Assembly (NCBI GenBank): GCA_964016885.1 | Contig: OZ024755.1 | Span: 14,942,001-15,006,000 of the forward strand | From: Eledone cirrhosa | Taxonomy: Eukaryota | Reading direction: 5' to 3' | Length of the DNA stretch: 64,000 nt | Shown here: positions 29,853 to 43,937 of the stretch, piece after piece | Numbering within the stretch: position 1 is the stretch's first letter | How the letters are laid out: every line of letters begins with the position of its first letter | Translations under genes and position numbers: made by a program | The notes under the pieces: model-generated | Databases searched by the model: none | What the model was told of the DNA's origin: nothing | What the model saw: only the letters and a program-made list of their open reading frames with translations

Positions 29853-31561
29853 CACACACATGCAGGTGAAAGACATTCATTTCTAGTTTTGTATACATAT
29901 ACAAATACATACACTATATTAAGACGTTCCTCTATATTATACACCAAGAATGTTTTTATATGTCTATCATTAGCAGAGGAAATTATAATACTGAGCAGTT
30001 TCTGTGAGAACATCGGTGTATATGTCTTAACTATTTATGGCCTTGCACAATTAGAGTTCAAATATCTAGAGAGTCAAAGTCACCTTTCATCCCTCTGTTG
30101 TCGATAATATATGTACCTATGAAGTTGGAAATATTCCTTCCACAAGATGTGTGGACTTGTGCTTCTGGAAGAGACCACTATTAGTAGAAACGAGTGACTA
30201 ATGACCAGATATTTTCAACAACAAATGCTAAATTCCTGGTAAATAGTGTTAAATCGATATAAGCTTTCCTTTAAATACATTTAGGATTTCGCTGTTCATC
30301 CAGGATATAGAGAAAACATCAGCAATGGAATGTGTCAAACATATCAACTAGATGGTTAATGCATTTCTTGTAGCATTTCATGTTATTTATTTTAAAGGTT
30401 TCATATGTCTTGAGATATTGCGTGAAGATATATGCATGCTATTTATTAAAAACAAGTAAAGAAGATATATTTGGTCATAGCAATGTGCATATATTCACGT
30501 GTTATTTTTATTGGCGTGACTCATTGCTTAATAATATATCTGTCAGAGCATATATAAATTTCGTTGCACACCATTCAGGTGTAGACACATTGCAGAATTT
30601 ATTCGAAATCGATGCAGTTATACATGAATTACAATAAGATTTCATTGCGATATTTCTAATCCCAAGGGAATACAGTGTTGAACACGTGTTACAAATATTC
30701 ATAGAATTAAATATTGTTAGCCATTATCATTTACTCTAATAAATACATTTCTCCAGTCAATTAGTCAAGCTCTCATGTATCACAGGTTTCTGTCCGTAGT
30801 AGGAAAAAAACCATCATTAAAAATATAAGACAGATCACTCTGCAACAGAGTAAAGCACAAAGATTTGTTTTCTTCTTTTCGACACTATTATATGGTAATA
30901 TATATAGTTCTAGTTGAAAAACACCTCATCACATATTCCTATAGCAGCAATTCGTGAACAAACCGGTATCCTAGAACTGCTCGTTGATATATTTCCAACT
31001 AAATTCGAAAGCAACATAAATAATTTAGCCCTTGGGAACTTGTGCAAATTTTGCATGCATGCTACTCTATTGAGTGGTGCTAATTTATACCACCTCCGAG
31101 GCGCCTACTAATCGTTCTATTTACGTCGTCTAGAAGTTTACAACTCTAGTGCCAAAGCTGTTAGCTTCCAATTCTTCACCTTAAATCCACAAGCTCAAAC
31201 AGAAATGAGTTATCCAAGATATTGATTTTATATACAACAAGTTACGCCCATAACCTTATAAACACAAGATGATTTCAATATATTAGTGTTTTAAAAATAT
31301 CTCATTGCTCAAAAAAATTATATGTGATTATAAATATATATATATATATATATATATGTTTAGACATATATTTAAACATATAATGTGCTTTAAAAAAATA
31401 TGTTTATACATGTAATGTGCTTATAAAACATATTTAAATATATTTTTACAGGTGGCTGATTGATAACGCGTAAATTCGCTCGTCTACACTTTCCACCGTT
31501 TTCATTTACCTCTCGTCTCTCTTCCTTTTTCTTCTCTCTTCCAGACATCCTATTATCTTTT

Positions 31562-31608
31562 ATAGTCTCTCATCTGATGAAGGGTAACCCTCAAAGGTTT
31601 ATGACTAT
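31562..31608 (+). ncRNA. Degenerate minimal hammerhead motif (PLE terminal-repeat remnant)
   Basis: Reads UCAU-CUGAUGA-AGGG(UAA)CCCU-CAAA-GGUUU-AUGA, with outer pairing AUAGUC/GACUAU. The GAAA box is mutated. Confidence 0.45.
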
Positions 31609-31738
31609 TTTCCAATTATATTTAGCCTTCATCTAATATACCATAATTGTACTGTATTTTTCTGTTCTGTTGCCTTATTCTGTTGATGGTTCTGATACAC
31701 ACATACATACAAACGTCACATACAGCCGCACTCCCCCT

Positions 31739-31779
<41 letters not shown>

Positions 31780-33756
31780 TGTGTGTGTTAGGTGTGTAAC
31801 AACAGTTACGGCAGCAGTGTGCAGAGTGCAAATAAATTTAAGAGAGTCGAAATGAGTTTTGCAGCATATGTAAATAAAGTTTGTACGCATGCTGTTCCAC
31901 TCATGTTGATTATTTAAAATCTCTCTCTCTCTCTGTATATATATATATATGAAATGTACCTAACCCCAAACACTTAGAATACATTCTGTATATATATGAA
32001 ACATACCTAATGTAGAGTACATTTATTTTATTCAAAGCAATATCGTGTGTGTTGTAGACTAATTTCGCTACATCTGTGGTTTTTCAGAAATAAAAAAAAA
32101 ATACTGAGACTCTATTTCCCTGCAACAAGAAATAAAAAAATCGTAGGCAAAAATGCACCAGTGTTCTGCATTTAAAATGAGCATCGGGGAATTAGAAGCA
32201 AAGTGAGCAAAACTATAGAAATTAGTAAGAAAGTTCAGAACAGAGTAAAGAGGAGCATGTTTAAGAACCTTTGTTGGAAAATTAACCCCTTATGTGATGT
32301 CTTTCCTTCGTACTTGAACGGGTTTAACGAAGACCCCAGTTTTAGGCTTCAAGTCACTAAGAGTAGACTAAGATACAATCTGTGGGGAGACTAAGCCCCA
32401 GTTGCTACTAGCACGCATTTTCAGCTTATGAAGCTATAGCAATATTAAATAAAAGGCATTTATCACGAAAACAGTTCGTAACTTTGTCAATGAAACGAAA
32501 CTACGACCTGATGGTGAGCGCAACACTTTACACAGTAATCCACCCGACGTCAGTGTTCTGTTAATCTACTGGTTAAATTTGTTTATAAATATCTAATTAA
32601 TCAAATTATATCATTGTTTAATTAAACAGACTCGATCTCTGATTAGTTAAAATGAATTGTAGAGGGAAACAACGTAATGCTATATTTTTTTAAACATTTT
32701 TTCTATGTATGAGTTAATAATTTACAGCTATTTGTATGTCTTAATTTGAGTCAAGGAATTCTAATTATGGTTGTAATTTAATTAATATTCTAGTAGAGAT
32801 TAGAGGGTTCAATTAATTTAATGTTGAAACATTCCCATAATCAAACTGATAATTTGATTCCAATGTGATTGTCATCAGTGTAAATCGTGCTTACGGGCCT
32901 AAATAAAAAATATTGAAGTCTAAGTTATTTCATTTAAAAAGAAAAAGTTAAAATATCGAAATATTTGCAGGAGTATGTTGAAAAACCCAAAAATTTAGGT
33001 GCAAGAAAGTTGGGAGTGAATTACTTCAGTGGATCAATTAGTGAACACACACATATACATACACGTAACCACAAAAACAGATGCACACAACATAATATAA
33101 TTGACAACCCAGCAACAAAATTGTAATCTCAAATGGAATAAAACATGTATAGCATGTACATAAAACCTACAGTCTAATAAATGTGTCCGAACACGGAGAG
33201 CCGAACTCCCACTGTCATCGCCTCCGTCTCTTTTGCCCTCCGGATCACTCTATATTATGAGGAAATGGGGTCCCACGTGCTGGCCACCCCACGGCCCCGG
33301 CGGACAGAATAGAGAAGGCGTTTTCCCGGAGGATGGTGAGACAGATGCGCTAGGAGAGCCATTCCATTTCGCGAGGCTCACACCTGCGGCAAGCCAGCTC
33401 AGTGCCTATGGTGGTAAGTAGGGATGTCGACCTAAGGCGAAGGACACCAGAAGTTTCCACTGTTAGGGGAACGACCGCAAAACTGTTGGGGAGGGGCCGA
33501 TAGTTGTTGTACGTATATGGGTGTATGCAAACATTATATGAGTCGGACAGCTAGTGAGGTAATTTTGTTAACATCAGTGATTTGAAGGACTTTTAATATG
33601 AAAATTAATATTTACACATAATGAAAACGCAATCCTCATCCACATGAAATATATGTCGAAGAATAAACAAAGTAAACACAGTGATGCAAATACACAAAGT
33701 CTTGGGAATGAAGACAAAGGAAAAGGAAACAGGAAGCAAATTATATATATATATTT

Positions 33757-33897
33757 ATAACGAAGGAAGTGTGGTAAGCAACCAGGTGGACCATAACGCA
33801 CCAGATTAGATTACTCGATACTATACCCACTCTACTACCCAAAGTATCGAGTACTCTGGTGCTTATGGTCCACCTGGTTCCTTACCATACTTCTTTA
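33757..33897. mobile_element. Family A element folded within the tail segment
   Basis: AACGAAGGAAGTGTGGTAAG...CACCAGA is followed by the inverted TCTGGTGCTTATGGTCC...TTCCTTACCATACTTC. TA tracts flank it. Confidence 0.75.
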
Positions 33898-33917
33898 TAT
33901 ATATATATATATATATG

Positions 33918-33949
<32 letters not shown>

Positions 33950-34047
33950 ATTTGCTTCCTGTTTCATTTGTCTTCATTCCCAAGACTTTGTGTATGTGTA
34001 TCACTGTGTTTACTCTTCTCCTATATATATATATATATATATATATA

Positions 34048-34311
34048 GTTATGTAATAAACAACATAAGGCAATTATTTCATTTACGAGTGGTTTCTTAA
34101 AAGCAAACAAATTCTGCTTTCAATCATCAGAATGAAAAAGTCCTGGTGTATTTATTGGTATTGGATTTTAAAAAACCTTTTTAAAAACCTTTTTTAAAAA
34201 CCGTTTTACATAGAGCACTCTTTTTCCTGGACTTTTTCGACGGAATTACTTCATTTATACAGCTCCAACCGGGATTGATTGAAGCATATTCTATATTACA
34301 TATACGATTGG

Positions 34312-34315
<4 letters not shown>
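34048..34315 (-). mobile_element. TA-embedded element carrying an intact hammerhead
   Basis: Bounded by (TA)n, with an internal inverted repeat GAAAAAGTCC/GGACTTTTTC and a central repeated AAAAACCTTTTT. Confidence 0.6.
34077..34137 (-). ncRNA. Type I hammerhead ribozyme, canonical core
   Basis: Minus strand reads UUUCAUU-CUGAUGA-UUGAAAGCAGA(AUUUG)UUUGCUUUUAA-GAAA-C(CACUC)GUA-AAUGAAA. Stem I is 7 bp, stem II 11 bp and stem III 2 bp. Predicted GUA cleavage falls between 34084 and 34083. Confidence 0.85.
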
Positions 34316-34372
<57 letters not shown>

Positions 34373-36969
34373 AGCACATCTATATATATATATACATCTA
34401 AGCGCACATACATTTGTGAAAAGTAAATGGATAAAAAATACTGTAACACGATTCAGTACAATTACGAAATATATTAGTCGATCGCTTGATATAGTAGGGA
34501 AGGTGTCTTAAAGATTCGGACGTTATATTTCATCTGGAAATACACTGAGAAATAATATAAGATATAGACATATAGACAGGAATGAGAAGATGAAGAAACG
34601 GACAGCGATGGGTTTTGACGAAAAAGCATGTGTGCATACAGTTAGCTGTACACACACACACACATCATATATATATATATATATATATATAGTCCTGGCA
34701 TCTGGCTGCCTCACATAAATTAATAAAGTCTCAGACGCGTCTCTCAATATATAACACGAAGACAAACGTGTTCTATAAATTGGAGCTATATAACTTATGT
34801 AAATAAAATATGTTACACTAGCTATAACAATTCGTGAACAGGGATATAAATGATGATTTTATTCACGATATAGATCATAGAGAAGAGTATGCTGAATTGT
34901 GTAAATACTTCATATGACACAACAGCAACATAATGTAACCGATCCAGGTAATCGTTCGAAATCGGTTACATTGCCTTCGGATTAATTGGTGAGGGTTGCT
35001 TGTGACAGAACAATGCTGGAAGGCGTGTTTGAGGATTTTGTCACCAAGACCCACTCAGATATCTGTGGGAACAGATTTTACTGGGACAAAAAACTCCAAC
35101 CAGCAGGAGATCTAGGTATACACCCCGAGCTAGATCTGTGGATAACATCCATGGGTTTGAGTTGAGGACGCTACTTCTATGACCCTCCCAGCAATAGGTG
35201 GGCGAAGAAGAAGTAAATGTTTTCCTCTCCATCATTTTGGATTCAATAAATAAATTACTCGTACACACAGCGGGATTGGCGAGAATATGACGAGGTCAGT
35301 ATCACTTACTCGCATCATATATTTGATGATACCATTTTTCTTGAATAACATTAGTACTGTAGAGAGGGGCTTTTTCCATTCATAGGAAAATGGTGGTCAC
35401 GAAAGAAGAGAAAAATGTACAAGACCAGGTCTACTCTCTGAAGAGGATATTTCAAGGTAAAATCGACAATTGCCCGTGATATACAGCGGCGCTTGATACA
35501 TGAGAGTGAGAGAGAGATCAGAATACATACAAGCACTGGTGTTTCCCTACACTCTACAACGTTCGACATACCTTACCAAGAACATGCGCGATAATAACAG
35601 GTGTCTTGAAGGTAAGGTATACAACATCCTTATTTTCTTTATCGAAACCTACACATCGGATAAGTGGAAATTATAATCTGAATATATACGTTAAAATATT
35701 ACTGAGATCGCAAAACACATTTCGATTAAAGAAAAATATGTACTTTATATAAGGCTAGTTCAAATTCTTTACACATATAACGTTTATATTCACCATAATA
35801 AAAAAAACGCCAACGATGTACTTACACACAAAGAGTTAAATGTATTGAACAGTATTTTTTATATAATAATGCTTTATTCATAGTTCGGCGTAAAACCAGC
35901 GGTAGGTATATTTATTACTATCTATAGAACGCAAAACTCTTTGATACGAATGTATTGTATTTTTGCTTCGAAATGCTGGAATAGTTTCGCTAACAGAATT
36001 TAGGTTCTGCTGCATAAATGTAGACATAAGTTAGAATATAGATCTGATAATGACAACACCACAGTAAGCTTATGCCAGTCGTAGTCAGTTGCTGCTGATC
36101 CACATGCAAACTGAGTTTATATTTTTTCCTCTACATTTGTCATCTATATATTTAGTCTAAACAATTTTCACTTTCCTTTAAATTTTCTTGAGATTTAAAT
36201 GTTAACTGACTTAACAAAGGGGCAATTTTTTGTTGTAAACTAATAAAAAGTGAAGAAAACGTGAAGTATAAAAGAAAAAATATTGTACTGAAATTTAAGC
36301 AGATTCGTCAGTGGTATGTAAAATTGATTGAATATTTTCTATAGAATAGTTTAGAATGAAGGGCTTTGACATCAGCCGTTCACGACGGGATTTCAGAGCA
36401 GAGAATGACAAATAGGATACGAAAATAAAATGAAGAAAGAAATTAAATATGCAAAAGGACAATAAAACTGTTGGATTATTAAACAAGAGGGAGAAAATGG
36501 CGAGGACTGACAAGGAGAATGATTAGACAAGCGGAAAAATGAAAAAAAAAGATGGAGAGAGAAAAAAAAGAAACAAAGAATAGGATATATATATAGTGAA
36601 AGGAAAAGGACAAAAGAATGGCTGAAATGCATAAAAAGTATAATAGGCATCATATTGATACAATATCATTGTACATGATTACAGTGTGTGGAATGAGATA
36701 GCAACTGGATGCGCCAATAGGGTAACTAGTTCAAGAAATAAAAAGATAATATTATAGGAATCTACGTTCTAAAAGCACAAGAACTATAGAAATGTCATTT
36801 CCAGAAGTAGAGCCAGCACACACAAGGAACTGCTTGGATAATTCTTTTACAGCATGAATATAATTTGTAAATTATTAAAAAAAACAAAGCCGTATACAAA
36901 AATAAAAGTTCAGTTTCCGAGTAGATATATACAAGCGCACGCACGCACACACACACACACGCACACACA

Positions 36970-37020
<51 letters not shown>

Positions 37021-37991
37021 GAGATAGAGAGAGAAAGCGGAAGGGAGACAGAGAGAGAAAATATGCTTCCATAGATTTTATGCATATGCATAATTGTACT
37101 TGTGCAGATAAGCGCACATATCTATTGTAACAAAATAAAATAAAGCTATATTTCTATTCCTATATCCTTTAATATTTATTGCTATCAAATTCGATATTTT
37201 TGTGTATTAATACATATGTGCGACTGTATAAAACCCTAAGTTGGTTTTGTTGCTGTTTAGCCGTAGGTCGGACAAAAAGAACAGGCCTATGATCAAATCC
37301 TCCAAGCCAGCCATATCTTTTATCAAACAATATATTATGACGGAAGGGTGCAATTTGCGTTATTTCGATGCTATTTCTAGCATAAAGAAAGGCCAGGGTG
37401 AACGTAAAGACTCACAGTTTAGCTGGGAACTGACATAATAATATTTATTTCCCTATCAGCCGTAAACTATTAATGGTCTACGGGTTTTCATAAAATCTCA
37501 TGCCATGCAATGCTCTCTTAACATCCTATGAATTCGGAGACACGATATTGTGATATGGGCTTTTATATCTGGTGGACTTTTCGAGTTTGAATATCGAATT
37601 TCTTACAGAGAGAAAAGGAGAGAAAGAGAGACGGAGAACCGAAAGGATGAAAGACAAATTTGATTTTCGCAAAATTTCAACTCAGGGCGCAGAGAATCTT
37701 CTAACTGGGCGAAGGACCAGAGTTATGTTTTCACTGCTCATTGAATCCTATTCTATTTTCGCTGCAATCTTCGTGCATCGGCTATGATTTCAGTTTTTAG
37801 TGACAATTTTTAGCTGTACTTTTTTTCTACCCAAGGCAGCACCCAAAAGGGCATTGCCCAATTACCCGTCTTACAAGTCTACCTGACTTTTCTAAAGTTT
37901 AACAATGTGATACAAATACATTTTTCTAATATCAACGACTGAGGTCTTTCCTTAAACGAAGAATCCAAATAAAAAAGAACGAACAACATAT

Positions 37992-38139
37992 AAAGGGTGA
38001 CACAAAAATGGTCACAAGTAATGTAACACTACCATAATACTTTTTGACTATAAATATATATTGTTATTTTTGTCAACGAATATAACAGATCTTCGTAAAA
38101 AAGAACGATTAACTGGTGCGGGACTTTTGCGCCACTCTG
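37992..38139. mobile_element. Degenerate Tc1-like MITE
   Basis: Imperfect TIRs AAGGGTGACACAAAA and TTTTGCGCCACTCTG, flanked by TA. Confidence 0.4.
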
Positions 38140-39128
38140 TATACATGCAATATATGATTGTACTCTTTCAACAAAGTATTACCAATATTTTCTTATGACT
38201 TTCTCTTATCTTTAAAAGAAATAAAATATATTATTTATATATCAGTATATATTTATAAATGTCAATGTGTATTGCAATGTGTATTGCAATATATAATTCA
38301 GGATTGTTCAATATTTTATAGTAATGTTAAGCGTTATCCAGCAGTCCTGAATTAGAAGATTTAAATGGAAAAAAGATACAACGAAATGCATATATATATA
38401 TATATGTGTGTGTGTGTATGTATGTGCGTGGGTGTGTGTATGTGTGTGTGTGTACACACAGATATAGACTAATACACACATGTCAATGTATATAGGTATT
38501 TATGTATTTTTGTATGTATATATTTATGTATGCACGTGGCTATTTTCACCTTGTTTTTAACTCTCTCTATCGACAATGAAATGCATACATCTAACAATGT
38601 TATCTGTACTGTGGTCTATGACCACACCTTAAAATAGTCATCTAGTGAATCTAAATGTATGCTTATTATACTTGTGACTCGTATATAAACATTGTAAATG
38701 TAACTACGACTGCTTAATATGTATATATATATGTATCCACTGATTATATATAACATGTTTCGGGTATGGTCCATCTTGCCATAATGCCTAACTTATTCAC
38801 TTACATGTCTTTTATCATGTTTTCTGATTTTAACTAATTTAATATTTCCCAGATTTTTTTCCAGAGAAGAATTGACAATAAGAAAGAGAAAGTAAGACAG
38901 ATATACAAGAAGAATCGACCGCAGTACTAGACTGGTATATGTTTGTCGACCTCGAAAATGTGAAAGGCGAAGTAGACCACTCCAGACTCTCTTGAACTCT
39001 TCTCAACTTCCCTCCAATAAGAAAGTGCATCCATGTTGAAAATGCTACCGATTTTGCTGTCTTTGTTTTCTACACCTCCGAATGACTGATGCGGCAAAGT
39101 GCCTCGGCCTGTGGACGGACCACAACGT

Positions 39129-39458
39129 CAAAACTCACTAATACATAACTCACTAATACAAAACTCACTAATACAAAACTCACTAATACAAAAGTCACTA
39201 ATACATAACTCACTAATACAAAACTCACTAATACATAACTCACTAATACAAAAGTCACTAATACAAAATTCACTAATACATAACTCACTAATACAAAACT
39301 CACTAATACATAACTCACTAATACATAACTCACTAATACAAAAGTCACTAATACAAAAGTCACTAATACATAACTCACTAATACAAAACTCACTAATACA
39401 TAACTCACTAATACAAAAGTCACTGATACAAAAGTCACTAATACAAAACTCACTAATA
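39129..39458. repeat. 15-bp minisatellite, 22 units (CA[A/T]AA[C/G]TCACTAATA)
   Basis: Exact 15-bp period over 330 bp, with three main unit variants. Confidence 0.95.
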
Positions 39459-40043
39459 CAAAACAAGGAATCAAAGTTGAATTAATGTCAATCACTCCAG
39501 CATATGCAGATAGGAATGTAAAATCTTGGCAGGGCAAACGAGTAATATTCGCGTCACTCATACATGAGATGGGGATCAGGTGATGCCAATTCCTGAAATT
39601 GAGATGCAACCATCATGTATGTATGAGTGTGTGTGAATTAGCTTGTAATATGTAAATCTGTGACCGTGTTCTAGATTATGCCTGGTATTCTGTGTATGTG
39701 TTTTGTATGAGCTCCATTTATTGTTATCTAAGATAGCAACAATGTAAATAAGTGCCTGATAGCTCCCCTACTGAGGGGACAGCCGACTCAAAATATCGGG
39801 TCTCATTTCTTATCTGTACAACACATTAGAGTTACAGAATAAAAACAAATTTAGCCTGTCTCTTTTGACACAAACACTTACGCACACACACACATATATA
39901 TAAGTGATATATATATGTATACATATATATATATATATATATGTGTATACATATATATATATATGTGTGTATACATATATATATATATATATATATATTT
40001 GTGTCTTTATATATATATATATATTTATATATATATTTATATA

Positions 40044-40083
<40 letters not shown>

Positions 40084-40093
40084 TATATACATA

Positions 40094-40131
<38 letters not shown>

Positions 40132-40183
40132 TATATATATATATATATATACATATATTTTTATATATATATATATATACATA

Positions 40184-40221
<38 letters not shown>

Positions 40222-40604
40222 CACATACATACATACATTCGTGCATACATATATACATGCATACATACATAGGCATACGATGGGAAGAGGAGGAGTAATA
40301 GTCCATAAGAGAGAGACGGAGTGAGATAGAGTAGGTGAGGAAACAGAGGACAGCGGAGAAAAATAAAAGAAGAACAGCAGCATGTAGAGATGAAATCAAC
40401 AAGAAATGCAGCATTAATTTGCATATGTTATCATATATAGATCTGCGCGTGTATACACAGCTACTAAAGCAAACGCGCACAGCAGTAACAAGCGCCACAA
40501 CAATAGCAGTAACACCATAAAACAAACAAGGACAAAATATTGACAATAGAGGAACAGAATCACATGAATTAATACATGTACGATCACACACGGACACACA
40601 CACA

Positions 40605-40612
40605 TATATATA

Positions 40613-40651
<39 letters not shown>

Positions 40652-41550
40652 TATATATATATATGTATTATATATATATATATATGTATTATATATATAT
40701 ATATATGTATTATATATATATATATGTATTATATATATATATATATGTATTATATATATATATATATGTATTATATATATATATATGTATTATATATATA
40801 TATATATGTATTATATATATATATATATGTATTATATATATATATATATTATATATATATATATATTATATATATATGTATTATATTTATATATATATAT
40901 ATATTATATATATATATATATTATATATATATATATATTATATATATATATGTATTATATATATATATATTATATATATATATGTATTATATATATATAT
41001 ATTATATATATATATATGTATTATATATATATATATATTATATATATATATTATATATATATATATATTATATATATATTATATATATATTATATATATA
41101 TATTATATATATATTATATATATATATTATATATATATTATATATATTATATATATATATATATATGTATTATATATATTATATATATATTATATATATA
41201 TATTATATATATATTATATATATTATATATATATATATATATTATATATATATATATGTATTATATATATATATATATATGTATTATATATATATATGTA
41301 TTATATATATATATTTATTATATATATATATATGTATTATATATATATATATATGTATTATATATATGTATTATATGTATATATATATATAATATATATA
41401 TATATATTATATATATATATATATTATATATATATATATAATATATATATATAGAATATATATATATATATATATATAATACATATATATATTATATATA
41501 TATTATATTATATATATATATACATTATATATATTATATATATTATATAT

Positions 41551-41598
<48 letters not shown>

Positions 41599-41690
41599 TA
41601 TATATATATTATATCTATTATATATTATATATATATATACATATATATACATATATATATATATTATATATATATATTATATATATATAT

Positions 41691-41722
<32 letters not shown>

Positions 41723-41800
41723 ATATTATATATATATATTATATATATATTATATATATATATATTATATATATATATTATATATATATATATTATATAT
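40605..41800. repeat. Long compound (TA)n microsatellite
   Basis: About 1.2 kb with TGTATTA/TATTA interruptions. Confidence 0.95.
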
Positions 41801-41898
41801 ATAACATATATTTATACACCCATATATAGACAGATAGATAAATAAAAAATGGGGCTAAAGACTGTTGTGCATACACACACACACATATATATATACAC

Positions 41899-41947
<49 letters not shown>

Positions 41948-42236
41948 CGTGTGTGCGTGTTTGTGTGCATGTGTGTACATACAATATTACGATGGCAATT
42001 TCCCCATAATCACTTATATAGATTGACTTTCGTACACGTGCAAAAATATAAACACGCGTTTAAAAATACTACACACGCGTGCACAATATTATATTGCTCT
42101 ATGTAAATATATATTGTGCCATATGATATACCTGTGTACGTTTGTGTGTATTTGTATGTACGTCATTATGTGGGCATATGATAGATATATGAACGTGTAC
42201 ATTTAGAGATACTATTACATTTATACTCTACAAAGC

Positions 42237-42293
<57 letters not shown>

Positions 42294-42298
42294 GATGA

Positions 42299-42429
42299 GT
42301 TATTCCGGGTTGAATCAGAGGTTACCACAGTAAGTAAGGTACTCAATACATAGCAGAGTATAAATGTTTTAATATAGAAGAGCTTCTACAGGACTAGAAC
42401 TGTTTCATTCTCCATTCGTGAGAAATCAT
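42299..42429 (-). mobile_element. TA-embedded hammerhead-bearing element, family E
   Basis: GTTATTCCGGGTTGAATC.GAGGT.ACCA.AGTAAGTAAGGTACTCAATACAT is shared with 17388-17441 and partly with 26512-26547. Confidence 0.75.
42382..42429 (-). ncRNA. 5'-truncated hammerhead (same family as 26552)
   Basis: Minus strand reads AUGA-UUUCUC(ACGAAUG)GAGAAU-GAAACAGUUCUAGUCCUGUA-GAAGC. The CUG start of the core is replaced by (TA)n. Confidence 0.65.
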
Positions 42430-42496
42430 ATATATATATATATCTATCTGTGTGTATGTATATATATTTATATCTGTGTGTGTGTATATATATATC

Positions 42497-42544
<48 letters not shown>

Positions 42545-42545
<1 letters not shown>

Positions 42546-42735
42546 CTAAGGAAGTGTGGTAAGGAACCAGGTGGACAATAACGCCCCAGAGTACCCAATA
42601 CTTAGGGTAGTAGAGTGGGTAATAGGAAAAGGTATAAACCCGACGGCAGAGCTGAAGCCGTCTCGACGGCTATTTCTGGACAGAAATAGCCGTTGAAACG
42701 GCTTGAACTCTGCCGTCGGGGTTATACCTTTTCCT
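42545..42735 (-). mobile_element. TA-embedded fold-back element, family A
   Basis: Tail 42545-42622, then a palindrome 42623-42735, flanked by (TA)n. Confidence 0.8.
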
Positions 42736-42751
42736 ATATATATATATATAT

Positions 42752-42941
42752 AACGAAGGAAATGTGGTAAGGAACCAGGTGGACCATAACGCACCAAAGT
42801 ACTCAATACTTGAGGTAGTAGAGTGGGTAATAGGAACCAGTAAGACCCCGACAGCTGAGCTCAAGCCGTTTCGACGGCTAATTCTAGTCCAGAATTAGCC
42901 GTCGAAACGGCTTGAGCTCAGCTGTCGGGGTCTTACTGGTT

Positions 42942-42945
<4 letters not shown>
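42752..42945 (-). mobile_element. TA-embedded fold-back element, family A (second adjacent copy)
   Basis: Tail followed by a near-perfect palindrome, 42830-42945. Copy-specific variants are shared by both arms. Confidence 0.8.
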
Positions 42946-42984
<39 letters not shown>

Positions 42985-43225
42985 CTTTCTTTGTGTGTGT
43001 CTAAATGTTCTAGTACCATGTTATTTATATATGTGTGTGTGTATATATATATACATGTATATACAGGTAGATAGATGAAGGTGTGTGCATTTATTTATGT
43101 TTAAATGTGTTGAGATATGATAAATATTTAGTGGTTAATTCCAACTAACACCTATAACAATAGATATAGATACAGCCACATATACCAGAATGGAGGCTGG
43201 CCACACACAAACGATCACACACATT

Positions 43226-43264
<39 letters not shown>

Positions 43265-43877
43265 GTGTGTGCCTGTGCGTATATATACATACAGATACAC
43301 ATACATAGAGAAACACGTATACAGACATATACATACGCAAACTCACATATACAGTCAAAAGATACATACATACATCTACACACCGGCATGCATATGAAAC
43401 AAAATAGGTCATATGTTTATAGAGAGGATTGTTAAAGTTCCCTACACACATACAGAGTCATGTATACAAACACATACAAAGGACAGTATTTTGGTCCCCT
43501 ACTGCAATGGTATCACTCGATTATTGATTGGTCTCTCTCAAGGGGACAAAACAAGGCGACAAACGTTTCTGGAATTCGGTCGTATTTATAATATCGAAGT
43601 TTATTTTGGGAAATAGGGGACACTATGTGAGAAGGAAGTGAGGGAGTGCTGAGCAAAGACAAAGGATCCATTTGGAGAGGGAAAAGGAGAGGATAATAGA
43701 GGGAAAGAAACACAGATAGAAAGAGGGAGAGAGAGAGACTAAGGATAAGGATGCGTATATTTTATAAACAGATATAAATAGATATATAGAGAGAGCGTGG
43801 TGCCTATATTGAAAACAGATCGACGGTGATGTGTATATATACTAAAAGACATAGCGAGAGAGATATAATATAGGTAT

Positions 43878-43937
<60 letters not shown>

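Noticed and set aside
34932-34972. 12-bp hairpin AATGTAACCGAT/ATCGGTTACATT
   Set aside because: Isolated, with no second copy and no RNA motif.
35386-35456. Candidate 71-nt exon (TTTTCCATTCATAG ... AAG/GTAAAA)
   Set aside because: The splice-like flanks are plausible, but the peptide is not recognisable and such sites arise by chance.
39129-39458. CRISPR-like array
   Set aside because: The tandem units are contiguous with no unique spacers, the context is eukaryotic, and there are no cas genes.
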